From Geminicoccaceae bacterium (GTDB lineage Bacteria > Pseudomonadota > Alphaproteobacteria > Geminicoccales > Geminicoccaceae): a stretch of DNA of 49,202 nucleotides. The stretch lies in the NCBI GenBank assembly GCA_020446525.1, contig JAGREO010000107.1, positions 1-49,202 of the forward strand. Direction: 5' to 3'. The notes beneath the pieces are model-generated. The model saw nothing but the letters and a program-made list of their open reading frames with translations. It made no database searches and was not told where the DNA came from. Below are positions 26,413 through 36,830 of this stretch, one piece after another. The stretch's first letter is position 1. Every line of letters begins with the position of its first letter. The position numbers and the translations under genes were made by a program.

Positions 26413-29400
26413 CTAGCTTGGGGCGTCTTGGGTGTTTTCGGTGTCTAGGGGCGGACAGAGCTGGTCGAAGAAGCGGCGTGCGGCCGCCTGCAGATCGACG
26501 AGCTGGGCTTCCAGTGCCGCGAAGGCACCCAAGGGCAAGGCAAGGTCGAGCTGCCGGTTCGCTGCGCGCACCAGAGCCTCGCGCAGACCGACGGGCGATT
26601 TGCGCGGGTCGGCGACATCGCTCAGCCGAAGTACCGCTTGCAGCGCGTGCTGCAGGTCCAATGCCCGGATGGCATCGGTGATGACCGTTTCGTCGGCCAG
26701 CCCCCGCTCGGCAGCACCAGCCAGCATCGCGCGGGTGGACGTCGTGCGCAGTTCGGGATAGCGGGGCAGGTGGCGCAATTGCAGATATTGTGCGGCGAAC
26801 TCGATGTCGACCAGACCGCCTCGGCCATGTTTGAGGTTCCAGGGCTCGTCGCTGCCGTGCTCCTTGAAGATGCGCTCGCGCATGCGCCTGATCTCGTCCG
26901 CCAAACGATCGGGCCCGCGTTCTCGTGCCAGTGCGTCGAGGATCACCTTTTCGATCGCTTCGGCCAGGGATCCGTCGCCGGCGATCACCCGCGCGCGGGT
27001 CAGCGCCTGGCGCTCCCATGTCTGCGCGGTCTGTGCCTGATAGACGCGGAAATTGTCGAGGGCACACGCGACCGGTCCGACATTCCCCGAAGGGCGCAGG
27101 CGCGTGTCGATCTCGTAGAGTCGGCCTTCGGCGGTGCGTGCGGCGATGGCGCTCACCAGGCGTTGGCCCAGCCGAGCATAGTAGGTCTGTGCCGCCAGCG
27201 GGCGCTCGCCGTCGGAGCGGGCATCGGCCGGTGCATCGAAGATGAAGACCAGATCGAGATCGGAGTTGGTGGTCAGCTCGCGCGAGCCGAGCTTGCCCAT
27301 GCCGATGACCGCGAAGGTTCCGCCCGCGATTGAACCGTGTTGCTCGGCCAGCCAGCGGGCCGCTTCCGGCAGTAATGCTGCGACCACCACCTCGGCCATG
27401 ACGGTGTGCGCCGCACTCGCGCGCTCCGCGTCGGTCAGGCCCAGGAGAACGTGCAGGCCGGCCTGGAATTGCCGGCCGTGGGCCCACCTGCGGCAGATGT
27501 CGAGCCGGTCTTCCAGATTGCGGGCGTCGACCAGCTTCGTGTCGAACTCGGCGCGGAGGATTTCGGCGTCGGGCAGTGGCTCGAAGAAGTCCGGCGCCAG
27601 CATGGCGTCGAAGAGATCGATGTGGTTCGACAGGTTCTGCGCCAGCGGCGGGGCCGCACCCATCAGGTCGAAGAGCAGCACCAGAAGCCGCGGATTGGCG
27701 CGCATCAGCGAGAAGAGCTGTACGCCCGCCGGCAGGCTGGAGACGAACGAGTCGAACTGCTTGAACGCCTGGTCGATGTCGCTCTGCCGCTGCATCGCCT
27801 CGAGCATGCTCGGCATCAGTTCCGTGAGCAGTTCGCGGGCGCGCGTGCTGCGGGTGGCCCGGATATGACCGTGATGCCAGCCGCGGATGGTCTTGGCCAC
27901 GCCGGCCGGATCCTTGAAGCCCATCTTGCGGAGCGTCTCCAGCGTGCCCGGATCGTCGCCCGTGCCGGTGAAGACCAGCCGATCGCCCGCACCCAGATCG
28001 GGCTCGCTCTCGAACAGGGCGGCATAGTGCCGCTCGACCGAGCGCAGCGTCGAAGCCACGATCCCTTCGAGCGCCTCGATGGACTCGAAACCGGCGAACC
28101 GGGCGAACCGGGAAAGCTCCCTCTCGCGGGCCGGGAGTGCCTGGGTCTGCTTGTCCTCGATCATCTGCAGCCGATGCTCGAGCTGGCGCAACAGGTGGTA
28201 GGCACCCTTCAAATCTTCAGCGGCGCCGCCGTCGATCCATTTGCCTTCGGCCAGCGCATCGAGAGTGACCAGAGTCCGCGGATTGCGCAGGATCGGGTTT
28301 CGGCCGCCCAGGATCAGTTGCTGGGTCTGGACGAAGAACTCCACCTCGCGGATGCCGCCACGGCCGACCTTGAGATCGTGACCGCGCACCGCGATGGTGG
28401 CGAAGCCGCGATAGGCGTTGATCTGCCGCTTGATCGACTGGATGTCGCGGATCGCCGCGAAATCTAGATGCTTGCGCCAGATGAAGGGGCGGATCCGCTC
28501 GAGGAACCCCTTTCCAGCCTGCTGATCACCGGCCACGACCCGCGCCTTGATGAACGCCGCACGCTCCCAGTTCTGACCGTGCCGCTCGAAATAGATTTCG
28601 GCATCGTCGACCGAGAGGGCCAGCGGGTGGCCGGGCAGATGCGGGCGCAGGCGCAGGTCGGTGCGAAAGACGTAGCCGTCGCGGGTCTTGTGCTCGAGCA
28701 TGTAGACGAGGTTGCGGGTGATCTTCACCGCGCAGGCCATCGGTCCTTCGCTGCCGCTATAAGCGATCTTCTGCCCGTCGAAGAGCAGGATCAGGTCGAT
28801 GTCGCTGGAATAGTTCAGCTCCTTCGCACCGTGCTTGCCCATGCCGAGGACGAAGACGCCGCTCGATCCCAATCCCTCGGACAAATCCAGCTCGCCGCGC
28901 TTGGCCGCCTCCAGCAGCAGATGATCGAGGGCCGTGGCGGTGGCGAGATCGGCCATTGCCGTCAATGCGCGCGTCACCTGAGCCAGATCCCATCGACCGC
29001 CCAGATCGGCGAGTGCCACCACCAGCGCCAAATGCCGGCGACGCTTGCGCAGTTGCGCCATCAATCGGCTGCGATCGGCGGCGGGGTCGAGTTCCTCGGC
29101 GTCGAGCAGCCTTTCGACCAGAGGCTGCGGCCCCTGCTCGAAAAAATCGGCGACGAGCGACGTTTCGCTCTGGATCAGCTCCGCGAGAAAGGGGCTGCCG
29201 TCACGAATCGCGCCAACGAGGGTCGTGGCGCCATCGTCGTCCGCGAGCTTCTCGATTCGTTCGCGGAGCTTGGGCTCGGCGTGTCGGCCGGCGATTTGCC
29301 GCCAAAGAACATCCGACCCGCCGACATCGTTCGAAGCGGGACGCGGCGCTCGAAGTCGGTTCTGGGTCTGCTGCACCTGTCGAGCCTCGCTCTGATCGGC

Positions 29401-29436
29401 CGGCGTATCATTGAGAGCCGGACCGCGTGCGGTCAA
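26413..29436 (-). CDS. glnE: Bifunctional glutamine synthetase adenylyltransferase/adenylyl-removing enzyme
   Basis: 1007 aa, with two nucleotidyltransferase cores: GMGKHGAKELNYSSDIDL and GMGKLGSRELTTNSDLDL. Confidence 0.95.
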   Translation of the reverse strand: MTARGPALNDTPADQSEARQVQQTQNRLRAPRPASNDVGGSDVLWRQIAGRHAEPKLRERIEKLADDDGATTLVGAIRDGSPFLAELIQSETSLVADFFEQGPQPLVERLLDAEELDPAADRSRLMAQLRKRRRHLALVVALADLGGRWDLAQVTRALTAMADLATATALDHLLLEAAKRGELDLSEGLGSSGVFVLGMGKHGAKELNYSSDIDLILLFDGQKIAYSGSEGPMACAVKITRNLVYMLEHKTRDGYVFRTDLRLRPHLPGHPLALSVDDAEIYFERHGQNWERAAFIKARVVAGDQQAGKGFLERIRPFIWRKHLDFAAIRDIQSIKRQINAYRGFATIAVRGHDLKVGRGGIREVEFFVQTQQLILGGRNPILRNPRTLVTLDALAEGKWIDGGAAEDLKGAYHLLRQLEHRLQMIEDKQTQALPARERELSRFARFAGFESIEALEGIVASTLRSVERHYAALFESEPDLGAGDRLVFTGTGDDPGTLETLRKMGFKDPAGVAKTIRGWHHGHIRATRSTRARELLTELMPSMLEAMQRQSDIDQAFKQFDSFVSSLPAGVQLFSLMRANPRLLVLLFDLMGAAPPLAQNLSNHIDLFDAMLAPDFFEPLPDAEILRAEFDTKLVDARNLEDRLDICRRWAHGRQFQAGLHVLLGLTDAERASAAHTVMAEVVVAALLPEAARWLAEQHGSIAGGTFAVIGMGKLGSRELTTNSDLDLVFIFDAPADARSDGERPLAAQTYYARLGQRLVSAIAARTAEGRLYEIDTRLRPSGNVGPVACALDNFRVYQAQTAQTWERQALTRARVIAGDGSLAEAIEKVILDALARERGPDRLADEIRRMRERIFKEHGSDEPWNLKHGRGGLVDIEFAAQYLQLRHLPRYPELRTTSTRAMLAGAAERGLADETVITDAIRALDLQHALQAVLRLSDVADPRKSPVGLREALVRAANRQLDLALPLGAFAALEAQLVDLQAAARRFFDQLCPPLDTENTQDAPS

Positions 29437-29457
29437 CCCGAAGCCGCGCCCATGGCT

Positions 29458-30702
29458 TCAGGCCGCACGCACGAGCACGTGACGTTTCTTGCCCGATGAC
29501 AGCTTCAGGCGACCATCCTGCAGATCGCCCGCTGCGATCGTCAGCTTTTCGTCGGTCACGACCGCGTCGTTCAGACGCGCGCCCTTGCCGCGTATCAGCC
29601 GCCGTGCCTCGCCGTTGGATGCGGCGAAGCCGACTTCCTGCAGCAGTTCGAGGATATCGATACCGTCGTCGAATCGCGTGATCGGCAGCTCGATGGCCGG
29701 GAGACCCGCATCGGTATCGCGCGCGCCTTCGAAGACCGAGCGTGCCGCCGCCGTCGCTTCGTCCGCCGACTGCTGGCCGTGACACAGCCTCGTCGCCTCG
29801 AAGGCCAGCACCTTCTTGGCCTCGTTGATCTCGGAACCTTCGAGTGCTTCGAGACGGGCGATCTCGTCCAGCGGCAGTTCGGTGAACAGCCTGAGGAAGC
29901 GTCCGACATCGGCATCCTCGGTGTTGCGCCAGAACTGCCAATAGTCGAACGGCGAAAGGCGCTCCTCGGAGAGCCAGACGGCACCGGCGGCCGTCTTGCC
30001 CATCTTGGCTCCGGAAGCCGTAGTGATCAGCGGGGTCGTCAGGCCGAAGAGACGCCTGCCGTCGATACGGCGGCCGAGCTCGACGCCGTTGACGATGTTG
30101 CCCCATTGATCCGAACCGCCCATCTGCAGCACGCAACCGTGGCGGCGCGAGAGCTCGAGAAAATCGTAGGCCTGCATGACCATGTAGTTGAACTCGAGCA
30201 GCGTGAGCGGCTGCTCCCGTTCGAGCCGCAGCCTGACGGAATCGAAGGCCAGCATGCGGTTGATCGTGAAGTGGGTACCGAAGTCACGCAGGAAGGGGAT
30301 ATAGGCGAGGCCGTCGAGCCATTCGGCATTGTCGACCAAGAGGCCACGGCGGCCGTCCACCTCCACGAACTTCTCCAGGCAACGGCGAATGCCGGCCTTG
30401 TTGGCGTCGATCTGCGCATCACTCAACAGCGGGCGGCTCTCGTCACGAAACGAAGGATCGCCGACCTTGGTGGTTCCGCCGCCGACGAGCGCGATGGGTC
30501 TATGGCCGGTTCGCTGCAGCAGGCGCAGCATCATGATCGAGACCAGATGGCCGATGTGCAGGCTGTCCGCCGTGCAGTCGAAGCCGACATAGGCCGTGAT
30601 CGACGCTTCGGTGGCTGCCGCATCGAGAGCTTCGCCGTCCGTGCACTGATGGATGTAGCCGCGCTCGTTCAGCGTGCGCAGCAGCTCCGAATTGAAGCTC
30701 AT
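29458..30702 (-). CDS. tyrS: Tyrosine--tRNA ligase
   Basis: 414 aa, with a HIGH motif (SLHIGHL), a KMSKS-type motif (KMGKT) and a C-terminal S4-like domain. Confidence 0.95.
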   Translation of the reverse strand: MSFNSELLRTLNERGYIHQCTDGEALDAAATEASITAYVGFDCTADSLHIGHLVSIMMLRLLQRTGHRPIALVGGGTTKVGDPSFRDESRPLLSDAQIDANKAGIRRCLEKFVEVDGRRGLLVDNAEWLDGLAYIPFLRDFGTHFTINRMLAFDSVRLRLEREQPLTLLEFNYMVMQAYDFLELSRRHGCVLQMGGSDQWGNIVNGVELGRRIDGRRLFGLTTPLITTASGAKMGKTAAGAVWLSEERLSPFDYWQFWRNTEDADVGRFLRLFTELPLDEIARLEALEGSEINEAKKVLAFEATRLCHGQQSADEATAAARSVFEGARDTDAGLPAIELPITRFDDGIDILELLQEVGFAASNGEARRLIRGKGARLNDAVVTDEKLTIAAGDLQDGRLKLSSGKKRHVLVRAA

Positions 30703-30743
30703 GGGGTCGTGTCCCGAAGACGCCTCGAGAGGCCGATGGCGGT

Positions 30744-31409
30744 TCAGCCCGCAGCGGCGTGCGCCGCCTGGGGCTTGAGGCGCTTGTCGAGATAGCTCTC
30801 ACACAGTTCCTCGAGTTCGGCCAGGTGCTTGCCGAACACGTGGTCGGCCTGGTCGACCTGATGGAAGTCGATCGCGATGCCGCGTTGCTGCGAGAGCTTG
30901 GTGACCAGCTTGGTGACCGATTCCGTCGGTGTGACGGAATCGCGCTCGCCGTGCACGATGAGCCCGGAGGACGGGCAGGGAGCGAGGAAGGTGAAATCGT
31001 ACATGTTGGCCGGCAGGCTGGCACACATGAAGCCGTGGATTTCCGGTCGGCGCATCAGCAGTTGCATGGCGATCCAGGCGCCGAAGGAAAAACCCGCGAC
31101 CCAGGCCACGTTCGAGTTGGGATTGTGGCTCTGCATCCAGTCGAGCGCGGAGGCGGCGTCGCGCAATTCGCCCTGCCCATGATCGAACATACCCTGGCTG
31201 CGTCCGACACCGCGGAAATTGAAGCGCAGGCAGGAGAAGCCGCGCCGCTGGAACATGCGGAACATGGAATGGACGACACGATTGTTCATCGTCCCGCCAT
31301 ATTGCGGGTGGGGATGGAGGATGATCGCCAACGGCGCGTTGGGTCCCTCGCCGTGCACGTAGCGCCCTTCCAGGCGTCCGTCGGAACCTGGGAAGATGAC
31401 CTCGGGCAT
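30744..31409 (-). CDS. Alpha/beta hydrolase
   Basis: 221 aa, with the nucleophile elbow GFSFGA and a C-terminal ADHVF His motif. Confidence 0.8.
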   Translation of the reverse strand: MPEVIFPGSDGRLEGRYVHGEGPNAPLAIILHPHPQYGGTMNNRVVHSMFRMFQRRGFSCLRFNFRGVGRSQGMFDHGQGELRDAASALDWMQSHNPNSNVAWVAGFSFGAWIAMQLLMRRPEIHGFMCASLPANMYDFTFLAPCPSSGLIVHGERDSVTPTESVTKLVTKLSQQRGIAIDFHQVDQADHVFGKHLAELEELCESYLDKRLKPQAAHAAAG

Positions 31410-31720
31410 GCCGTTCGTTCTCCATCAACGCATCCGTTCGAGCGGTGGCGAATCCGTCTCGACGTCCGATGCCGTTTCCCCGCCGCAGTTCGTTCGCGCC
31501 TCGCACCGGTGCAGGCCCGACCCACGCTGCCGTCTCGGACGGTGCCTGGCCGATGCACGCACCGGGAATTGACCCTTTGGGACCGTTAGCTATATGTCAC
31601 CTGCGCATCTGTTTGTCGGGACGCCCGAAACGATCGGCACACCTCGATGTGACTCGCGCGGAGGTGATTTGCTCGCGGCAGGTGACTGGGCGCAAAAGCA
31701 TATATCGCACCGGAGACGCC

Positions 31721-32437
31721 ATGTTCAAGAGTTTCAAGGACGATGTGCAGGCGGCAATGAGCCGCGATCCGGCGGCCCGCTCGACCTTGGAAATCCTGCT
31801 CTGCTACCCGGGCCTGCACGCCATCCTCTTCCATCGCGTGGCGCATGCGCTCTGGCTCCGTAAATGGCATCTGCTCGCCCGATTCCTCTCCCAGGTGAGC
31901 CGCTTTCTGACCGGGATCGAGATTCATCCGGGCGCCGTCGTCGGCAGGCGTTTCTTCATCGATCACGGCATGGGCATCGTGATCGGCGAAACCGCGGAGA
32001 TCGGTGACGACGTGACGCTCTATCAGGGCGTCACGCTGGGCGGTGTCAGTTCGAGCCGCGGCAAGCGTCATCCGACGCTGCACGACGGGGTGGTCGTCGG
32101 CGCCGGGGCCGCGGTGCTCGGACCGTTCACTGTCGGGCGGTGCGCACGGATCGGCTCGAATGCCGTGGTCCTGAAGGAGGTGCCGCCTTGCACGACGGTC
32201 GTGGGCGTGCCGGCGCACGCCACCGGGCCGCGCGCGGTCGACGCGGGCGACCCGCTCTTCGCCGCCTACGGCACGACGCCGGGTGAAACGGCCGACCCGA
32301 TCCTGCGCGCGCTGGACCGGCTCGCCGCCCGCGTCGACGAACTCGAAGCCAAGGAAGCAGGGCGCGCGAGAGGCGACACGGCGGAGGACGCGGAGGCGAA
32401 CGTCCGCACGCTTCAGCGTGTCGGCGGCTGCCCCTGA
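31721..32437 (+). CDS. cysE: Serine O-acetyltransferase
   Basis: Starts at MFKSFKDDV (ATG 31721, preceded by GGAGA). [31 protein letters not shown] shows hexapeptide repeats. The upstream in-frame 92 codons are not protein-like. Confidence 0.9.
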   Translation: MFKSFKDDVQAAMSRDPAARSTLEILLCYPGLHAILFHRVAHALWLRKWHLLARFLSQVSRFLTGIEIHPGAVVGRRFFIDHGMGIVIGETAEIGDDVTLYQGVTLGGVSSSRGKRHPTLHDGVVVGAGAAVLGPFTVGRCARIGSNAVVLKEVPPCTTVVGVPAHATGPRAVDAGDPLFAAYGTTPGETADPILRALDRLAARVDELEAKEAGRARGDTAEDAEANVRTLQRVGGCP

Positions 32438-32439
32438 AG

Positions 32440-33540
32440 GTGGGGCCCGGCCGCACCTATCTCGATCACAATGCGAGCTCACCGCTGAGACCGGCCGCAA
32501 AGACGGCCATTCTCGCCGCGGCCGATCTCGACGGCAATCCGACCTCCATCCACGCCGAGGGCCGCGCCTGCCGGAGATGCCTCGAGCGTGGACGGCAAGT
32601 GGTGGCGAGTGCCGTCGGCGCCGAGCCGGACGGCGTGATCTTCACCAGCGGCGCCACCGAAGCCAACGACCTCGCCTGCAACCAGACGAGGGGCACCATG
32701 CTCGCTTCGGCCGTCGAGCATCCGTCCGTGCTCGAGGCGCGAGGTTGTGAGCGACTGCCGGTGGACCCATCCGGCCGGCTCGACTTGGCTGCATTGGAAC
32801 GACGGTTGCGATCGGGTGATGTCGATCTCGTGGCGCTGATGGCCGCCAACAACGAGACCGGCGTGGTGCAGCCCGTAGCCGAGGCGGCACGATTGGCGCG
32901 ACGCCACGGCGCCGTGCTGCACGTCGATGCGGTGCAGGTGCTCGGACGCATGCCCCTGTCGCTCGCGGCACTCGGTGCGGACACGATCGCCCTTTCGGCT
33001 CACAAGATCGGAGGGCCCAAGGGTGTGGGCGCGCTGGTTCATGCATCCGGTGTGGCCGTGCGCGCGCGACTGAGGGGCGGCGGACAGGAACATCGGCTGC
33101 GGGCGGGAACGGAAAATCTCATCGGCATCGCCAGCTTCGCCGCGGCGATCGAAGCGATCGCGGCGGACGAGGCGCCGCGGATCGACGCGTTGCGCCGGCG
33201 GCTGGAAGCGGCGGTCGATGTCGGCATCGTCGTCGGCGGAGGTGCGGCTCGTCTTTGCAGCACCGTGGCCCTTGCTCTGCCGGGGATGGACGCGGCGAGC
33301 CAGGTGATGGCGCTCGATCTCGATGGCATCGCCGTGAGTGCGGGTGCCGCCTGCAGCTCGGGAAAGGTCGAGCGCTCGCACGTGTTGAGCGCTATGGGTC
33401 TGCCGGACGAGATCGTGCGTTCGACCATCCGCGTCAGTCTGGGCTGGAACACGACCGAGGCCGACGTCGATCGCTTCGTGGCGGCCTGGCTGCGATTGCG
33501 GCGGCGCGTTCGTTCGGCCGGTCGAGCGGTCTCCGTCTAG
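32440..33540 (+). CDS. Cysteine desulfurase, NifS/IscS type (class V aminotransferase, group I)
   Basis: 366 aa with a GTG start 2 nt after the cysE stop. The PLP lysine lies in SAHKIGGPKGVGAL and the catalytic Cys in SAGAACSSG. Confidence 0.85.
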   Translation: MGPGRTYLDHNASSPLRPAAKTAILAAADLDGNPTSIHAEGRACRRCLERGRQVVASAVGAEPDGVIFTSGATEANDLACNQTRGTMLASAVEHPSVLEARGCERLPVDPSGRLDLAALERRLRSGDVDLVALMAANNETGVVQPVAEAARLARRHGAVLHVDAVQVLGRMPLSLAALGADTIALSAHKIGGPKGVGALVHASGVAVRARLRGGGQEHRLRAGTENLIGIASFAAAIEAIAADEAPRIDALRRRLEAAVDVGIVVGGGAARLCSTVALALPGMDAASQVMALDLDGIAVSAGAACSSGKVERSHVLSAMGLPDEIVRSTIRVSLGWNTTEADVDRFVAAWLRLRRRVRSAGRAVSV

Positions 33541-33559
33541 CGCTTCGACGGCACCGGTA

Positions 33560-34546
33560 CTACCAGCGCAGGGCGGCGGTGTGCACCGGTGCATCCCAGA
33601 GCTGCCGCATCTCCTCGTCGAGCCGGGTCAGTGTCAGCGAGCAACCGGCCATCTCCAGCGACGTGCAGTAATTGCCGACCAGCGTGCGGGCGATCTCGAT
33701 GTCCCGGTCGTCGAGCCAGCGTGCCGCGGCGTCGAACATCAGATGGAGTTCCATCGCAGGCGTGCCGCCGAAGCCGTTGACGAGCAGCAGCACCTCGTCG
33801 TTCTTCGCGGCCTCGAGGTCGCCCGCGATCGCCTCGAGCATCGTCGAGACGATGGCATCGGCCGGGCGCAGGGGCACGCGCTCGCGCCCAGGCTCGCCGT
33901 GGATGCCCACGCCCATCTCCAACTCGTCGTCGCCGAGCGTGAAGGTGGGCTCGCCGGCCGCGGGTACGGTGCAACTGGTCAGCGCCACACCCATCGAACG
34001 CGTGTTCTCGACCACCTTCTCCGCCAGCGCGCGCAGATCGTCGAGGGCACGGCCTTCCTCGGCCGCGGCGCCGACGATCTTCTCGACGATCACCGTGCCG
34101 GCGACGCCGCGTCGGCCGCTGGTCCAAGTCGAATCACGGACCGCCACGTCGTCGTCGACCAGCACGCTCGCATGGCCGCCGTCGCAGATCTCGGCCGCCA
34201 TCTCGAAATTCATCACGTCGCCCTCGTAATTCTTGACGATGAAGAGCACGCCGGCACCGGAATCGACGGCTCGAGCCGCCGTGGTCATCTGGTCGGGCGT
34301 GGGCGAGGTGAAGACGGCGCCGGGGCAGGCGGCGTCGAGCATGCCGCGGCCGACATAACCCGCGTGCAGCGGTTCGTGACCGGATCCTCCGCCCGAGATC
34401 AGCGCGACCTTGCCCGCCGGTGTGCGCGCGCTGCGGGCGATGAACAGGGGATCGTCGTGCATCCGCACGATATCGGCGTGCGCCCGCGCGAAGCCCCTGA
34501 GCGATTCCTGCAGAACGTGATCCGGTGCATTGATCAGTTTCTTCAT
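33560..34546 (-). CDS. dhaK: Dihydroxyacetone kinase, DhaK subunit
   Basis: Starts at MKKLINAPD (ATG 34546). ISGGGSGHEPLHAGYVG is the DhaK signature. Confidence 0.9.
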   Translation of the reverse strand: MKKLINAPDHVLQESLRGFARAHADIVRMHDDPLFIARSARTPAGKVALISGGGSGHEPLHAGYVGRGMLDAACPGAVFTSPTPDQMTTAARAVDSGAGVLFIVKNYEGDVMNFEMAAEICDGGHASVLVDDDVAVRDSTWTSGRRGVAGTVIVEKIVGAAAEEGRALDDLRALAEKVVENTRSMGVALTSCTVPAAGEPTFTLGDDELEMGVGIHGEPGRERVPLRPADAIVSTMLEAIAGDLEAAKNDEVLLLVNGFGGTPAMELHLMFDAAARWLDDRDIEIARTLVGNYCTSLEMAGCSLTLTRLDEEMRQLWDAPVHTAALRW

Positions 34547-34592
34547 GGTTCGTGCCCTTCCTGCGCGACGGGTGGCTCTTCGATCGATCGTC

Positions 34593-36167
34593 TCATGGCT
34601 GTTCGCGTACCGCCTGCCTGACGGCCGCCAGACGGGCCGATGCCACCGAGAACTTGTCCAGACCCAGATCGAGCAGTGTCGGCAGAGCCTGGGGGTCGGC
34701 GGCGACCTCACCGCACAGGCTCACCTCGATGCCGCGCCGGGCGCCTGCTTCGACCACCATGCGCAGCGCTCGGGTCACGGCCGGATGCAGCGGATCGAGC
34801 AGATCCGCCACCGGGCCCGCTGCATCGCGTGCGGCCGCCATCACATATTGCGTCAAATCGTTGGAGCCGATCGAGAAGAAGTCGGCCTCGAGCGTGTCGG
34901 TGGTGAGGGCAGCCGCCGGCGTCTCGATCATGATGCCGATCGGCGGCAGAGTGGCGCTTTGACCTTCGCCGAACAATTCCTTCAGACACGCGTCGGCGAG
35001 CCTGCGGGTCGCGTCGATTTCTGTCTGAGTCGTCACCATCGGCAGCATCACCCGCAGCGGTCCCTCCGTCGCCGCGCGCAACAGGGCACGCCATTGCAGG
35101 CGAAAGACCGCAGGGCGCGCCAGCATCAAACGGATGCCGCGCAGGCCCAAGAAAGGGTTCCGCTCCACCGGTTGATCGAGGCCTTGGAACGGCTTGTCGC
35201 CGCCGATGTCGAGCGTGCGGACGGTGAGCGGCTTGCTCTCCAGCCTCTGAAGCAGGCTGCGATAGACGCGATATTGCGCTTCCTCGTCGTGCAGCAGATC
35301 GCCGCTCTCGAACGTCAGTTCCGTGCGCAGCAGTCCAATGCCGTCGCTGGAGCGCAAGAGCGCGTCCGGCACGCGCGCCGGATCCTCGACGTTGATCTTC
35401 ACCTCGATGCGCCGGCCGCTTCGTGTCACGGCAGGCTCGTCGATCATCGCTGCGGCGCGTTCGCGCGCGCCCGTCGCGATGCTGTGGTGACGCATTGCCT
35501 CGGCCGTTTCCTCGGCATCCGGGCCGACCTTCAGGCAGCCTTCGTGCAGCACCGCCTGGGTGTCGGTGACGATCACCCGGCCGAGCTCGACGGCCATCGG
35601 CAGCGAGCGTGCGCGCGCGAGCATGGCGACGTGGCCCGCGGCACTGCCCCGGCGCAGGGCGATACCCGCGATCGCCCTCTCGATCTCCAAAAACCGCGAT
35701 GGTGGAAGATCATCGGCAACGACGATGCAGCCCGTTGGAAGGGCATCAGCTCGTTCACCGCCGCCGCTCAAGGCTCTCGCGACACGCACCTCGAGATCGC
35801 GCAGATCGCTGGCACGGGCGCGAAAATAATCGTCGGTTTCAGCCTCGAAGGGTGCGATCTGCTCGGCCATTGTTGCACGCCATGCCTCGGGTGCCGTCAG
35901 CCCTTCATCGATCCGGGCAATGGCTTCTTCGAGCAGGATCTCGTCTTCGAGAAAGGCGATCTGGAATTCCAGAATCTCGGCCGCGTCCTGCGATGAAGTG
36001 GCGGCGATCCGCCGAAGATCACCGATTGCGTGTCCGACGGCCGTCCGCAATGCTGGCGCGCCGCCATCGATCTCGGACCCGTTCACCGGCCATTCATCCA
36101 GACTCGCCAGCGGGCCGATGGCCCATCCGGGTGCGGCGGTGCGTCCGCGAAAGATCGCCTCAGCCAT
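34593..36167 (-). CDS. PEP-protein phosphotransferase (PTS Enzyme I family), full length
   Basis: Starts at MAEAIFRG (ATG 36167, overlapping the HPr stop by 8 nt). The phospho-His region is GSAAGHVAMLAR, and the PEP-utilising motif FFSIGSNDLTQY is present. Confidence 0.85.
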   Translation of the reverse strand: MAEAIFRGRTAAPGWAIGPLASLDEWPVNGSEIDGGAPALRTAVGHAIGDLRRIAATSSQDAAEILEFQIAFLEDEILLEEAIARIDEGLTAPEAWRATMAEQIAPFEAETDDYFRARASDLRDLEVRVARALSGGGERADALPTGCIVVADDLPPSRFLEIERAIAGIALRRGSAAGHVAMLARARSLPMAVELGRVIVTDTQAVLHEGCLKVGPDAEETAEAMRHHSIATGARERAAAMIDEPAVTRSGRRIEVKINVEDPARVPDALLRSSDGIGLLRTELTFESGDLLHDEEAQYRVYRSLLQRLESKPLTVRTLDIGGDKPFQGLDQPVERNPFLGLRGIRLMLARPAVFRLQWRALLRAATEGPLRVMLPMVTTQTEIDATRRLADACLKELFGEGQSATLPPIGIMIETPAAALTTDTLEADFFSIGSNDLTQYVMAAARDAAGPVADLLDPLHPAVTRALRMVVEAGARRGIEVSLCGEVAADPQALPTLLDLGLDKFSVASARLAAVRQAVREQP

Positions 36168-36456
36168 CCGCGGCGTCCGGCTCTTCGGCGAAATCGCGCA
36201 CCACCAGATCGGCCAGTGCCGCGACGGCTTCCTGCGCGTCGTCACCCTCGGCGGTGATCTCCAGCAACGTGCCGGTCTTGAGCTTCAGGCCCAGCACCTT
36301 GACGATGCTCTTGGCGTCGACCGGTGCACCGTCCGGCAATCCGCGCACGGTGAGCGCCGATTCAAAGCTCTTGGCCCGTTTCATCAGAGCGACCGCCGGC
36401 CGTGCGTGCAGGCCGACCTTGTGCGTGATGCGGACGGTGCGGGTCGCGGCGCTCAT
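36160..36456 (-). CDS. HPr family phosphocarrier protein
   Basis: 98 aa, with the active-site context HKVGLHARPA. Confidence 0.85.
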   Translation of the reverse strand: MSAATRTVRITHKVGLHARPAVALMKRAKSFESALTVRGLPDGAPVDAKSIVKVLGLKLKTGTLLEITAEGDDAQEAVAALADLVVRDFAEEPDAADG

Positions 36457-36830
36457 CCATACGCCTCGGCTTCGGCGATTACCTCCTCCAGCGTGCCCCC
36501 GGTGAAGGCGACCGTCGCACCGATGACCGCACCCTCGACGATCGGTGCGGCGGCGATGCGCACCTTCGCCGCACGCTCCGCCCCGAGCAACTCGATCGCG
36601 ACGTCGGTATTCATCTCCGCACCGCCGAGATCGACGAAGACCGCGACGCCGTCCTCGTTCCAGACCTCCTCGATGGCCGTCTTGATCTTCTCCGTATCGG
36701 TGCCGAGGCCGCCGCCCGCGTCACCGCCGGTGAACGCGAGGGCGATGTCGCCGGCCATCTGCCGCACCATCTGGGCCAGACCCTCGGCGATCAGCGGCGA
36801 GTGCGATACGAGGACGACGCCGACACTCAT
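36453..36830 (-). CDS. dhaM: PTS-dependent dihydroxyacetone kinase phosphotransferase subunit (DhaM EIIA-Man-like domain only)
   Basis: Starts at MSVGVVLVSHSPLIAEG (ATG 36830, ATGA overlap with the dhaL stop). 125 aa. Confidence 0.8.
   Translation of the reverse strand: MSVGVVLVSHSPLIAEGLAQMVRQMAGDIALAFTGGDAGGGLGTDTEKIKTAIEEVWNEDGVAVFVDLGGAEMNTDVAIELLGAERAAKVRIAAAPIVEGAVIGATVAFTGGTLEEVIAEAEAYG

Noticed and set aside
31655-31720. A second SAM-II riboswitch in the cysE leader (it shares GGUGAUUUG and an AAAAGC tract with the metA leader)
   Set aside because: I could not find the complementary P1 3' strand or a P2 partner. The similarity is better explained as direct GTGAYT...CTCGCGG repeats. 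It is kept only as an unexplained leader.
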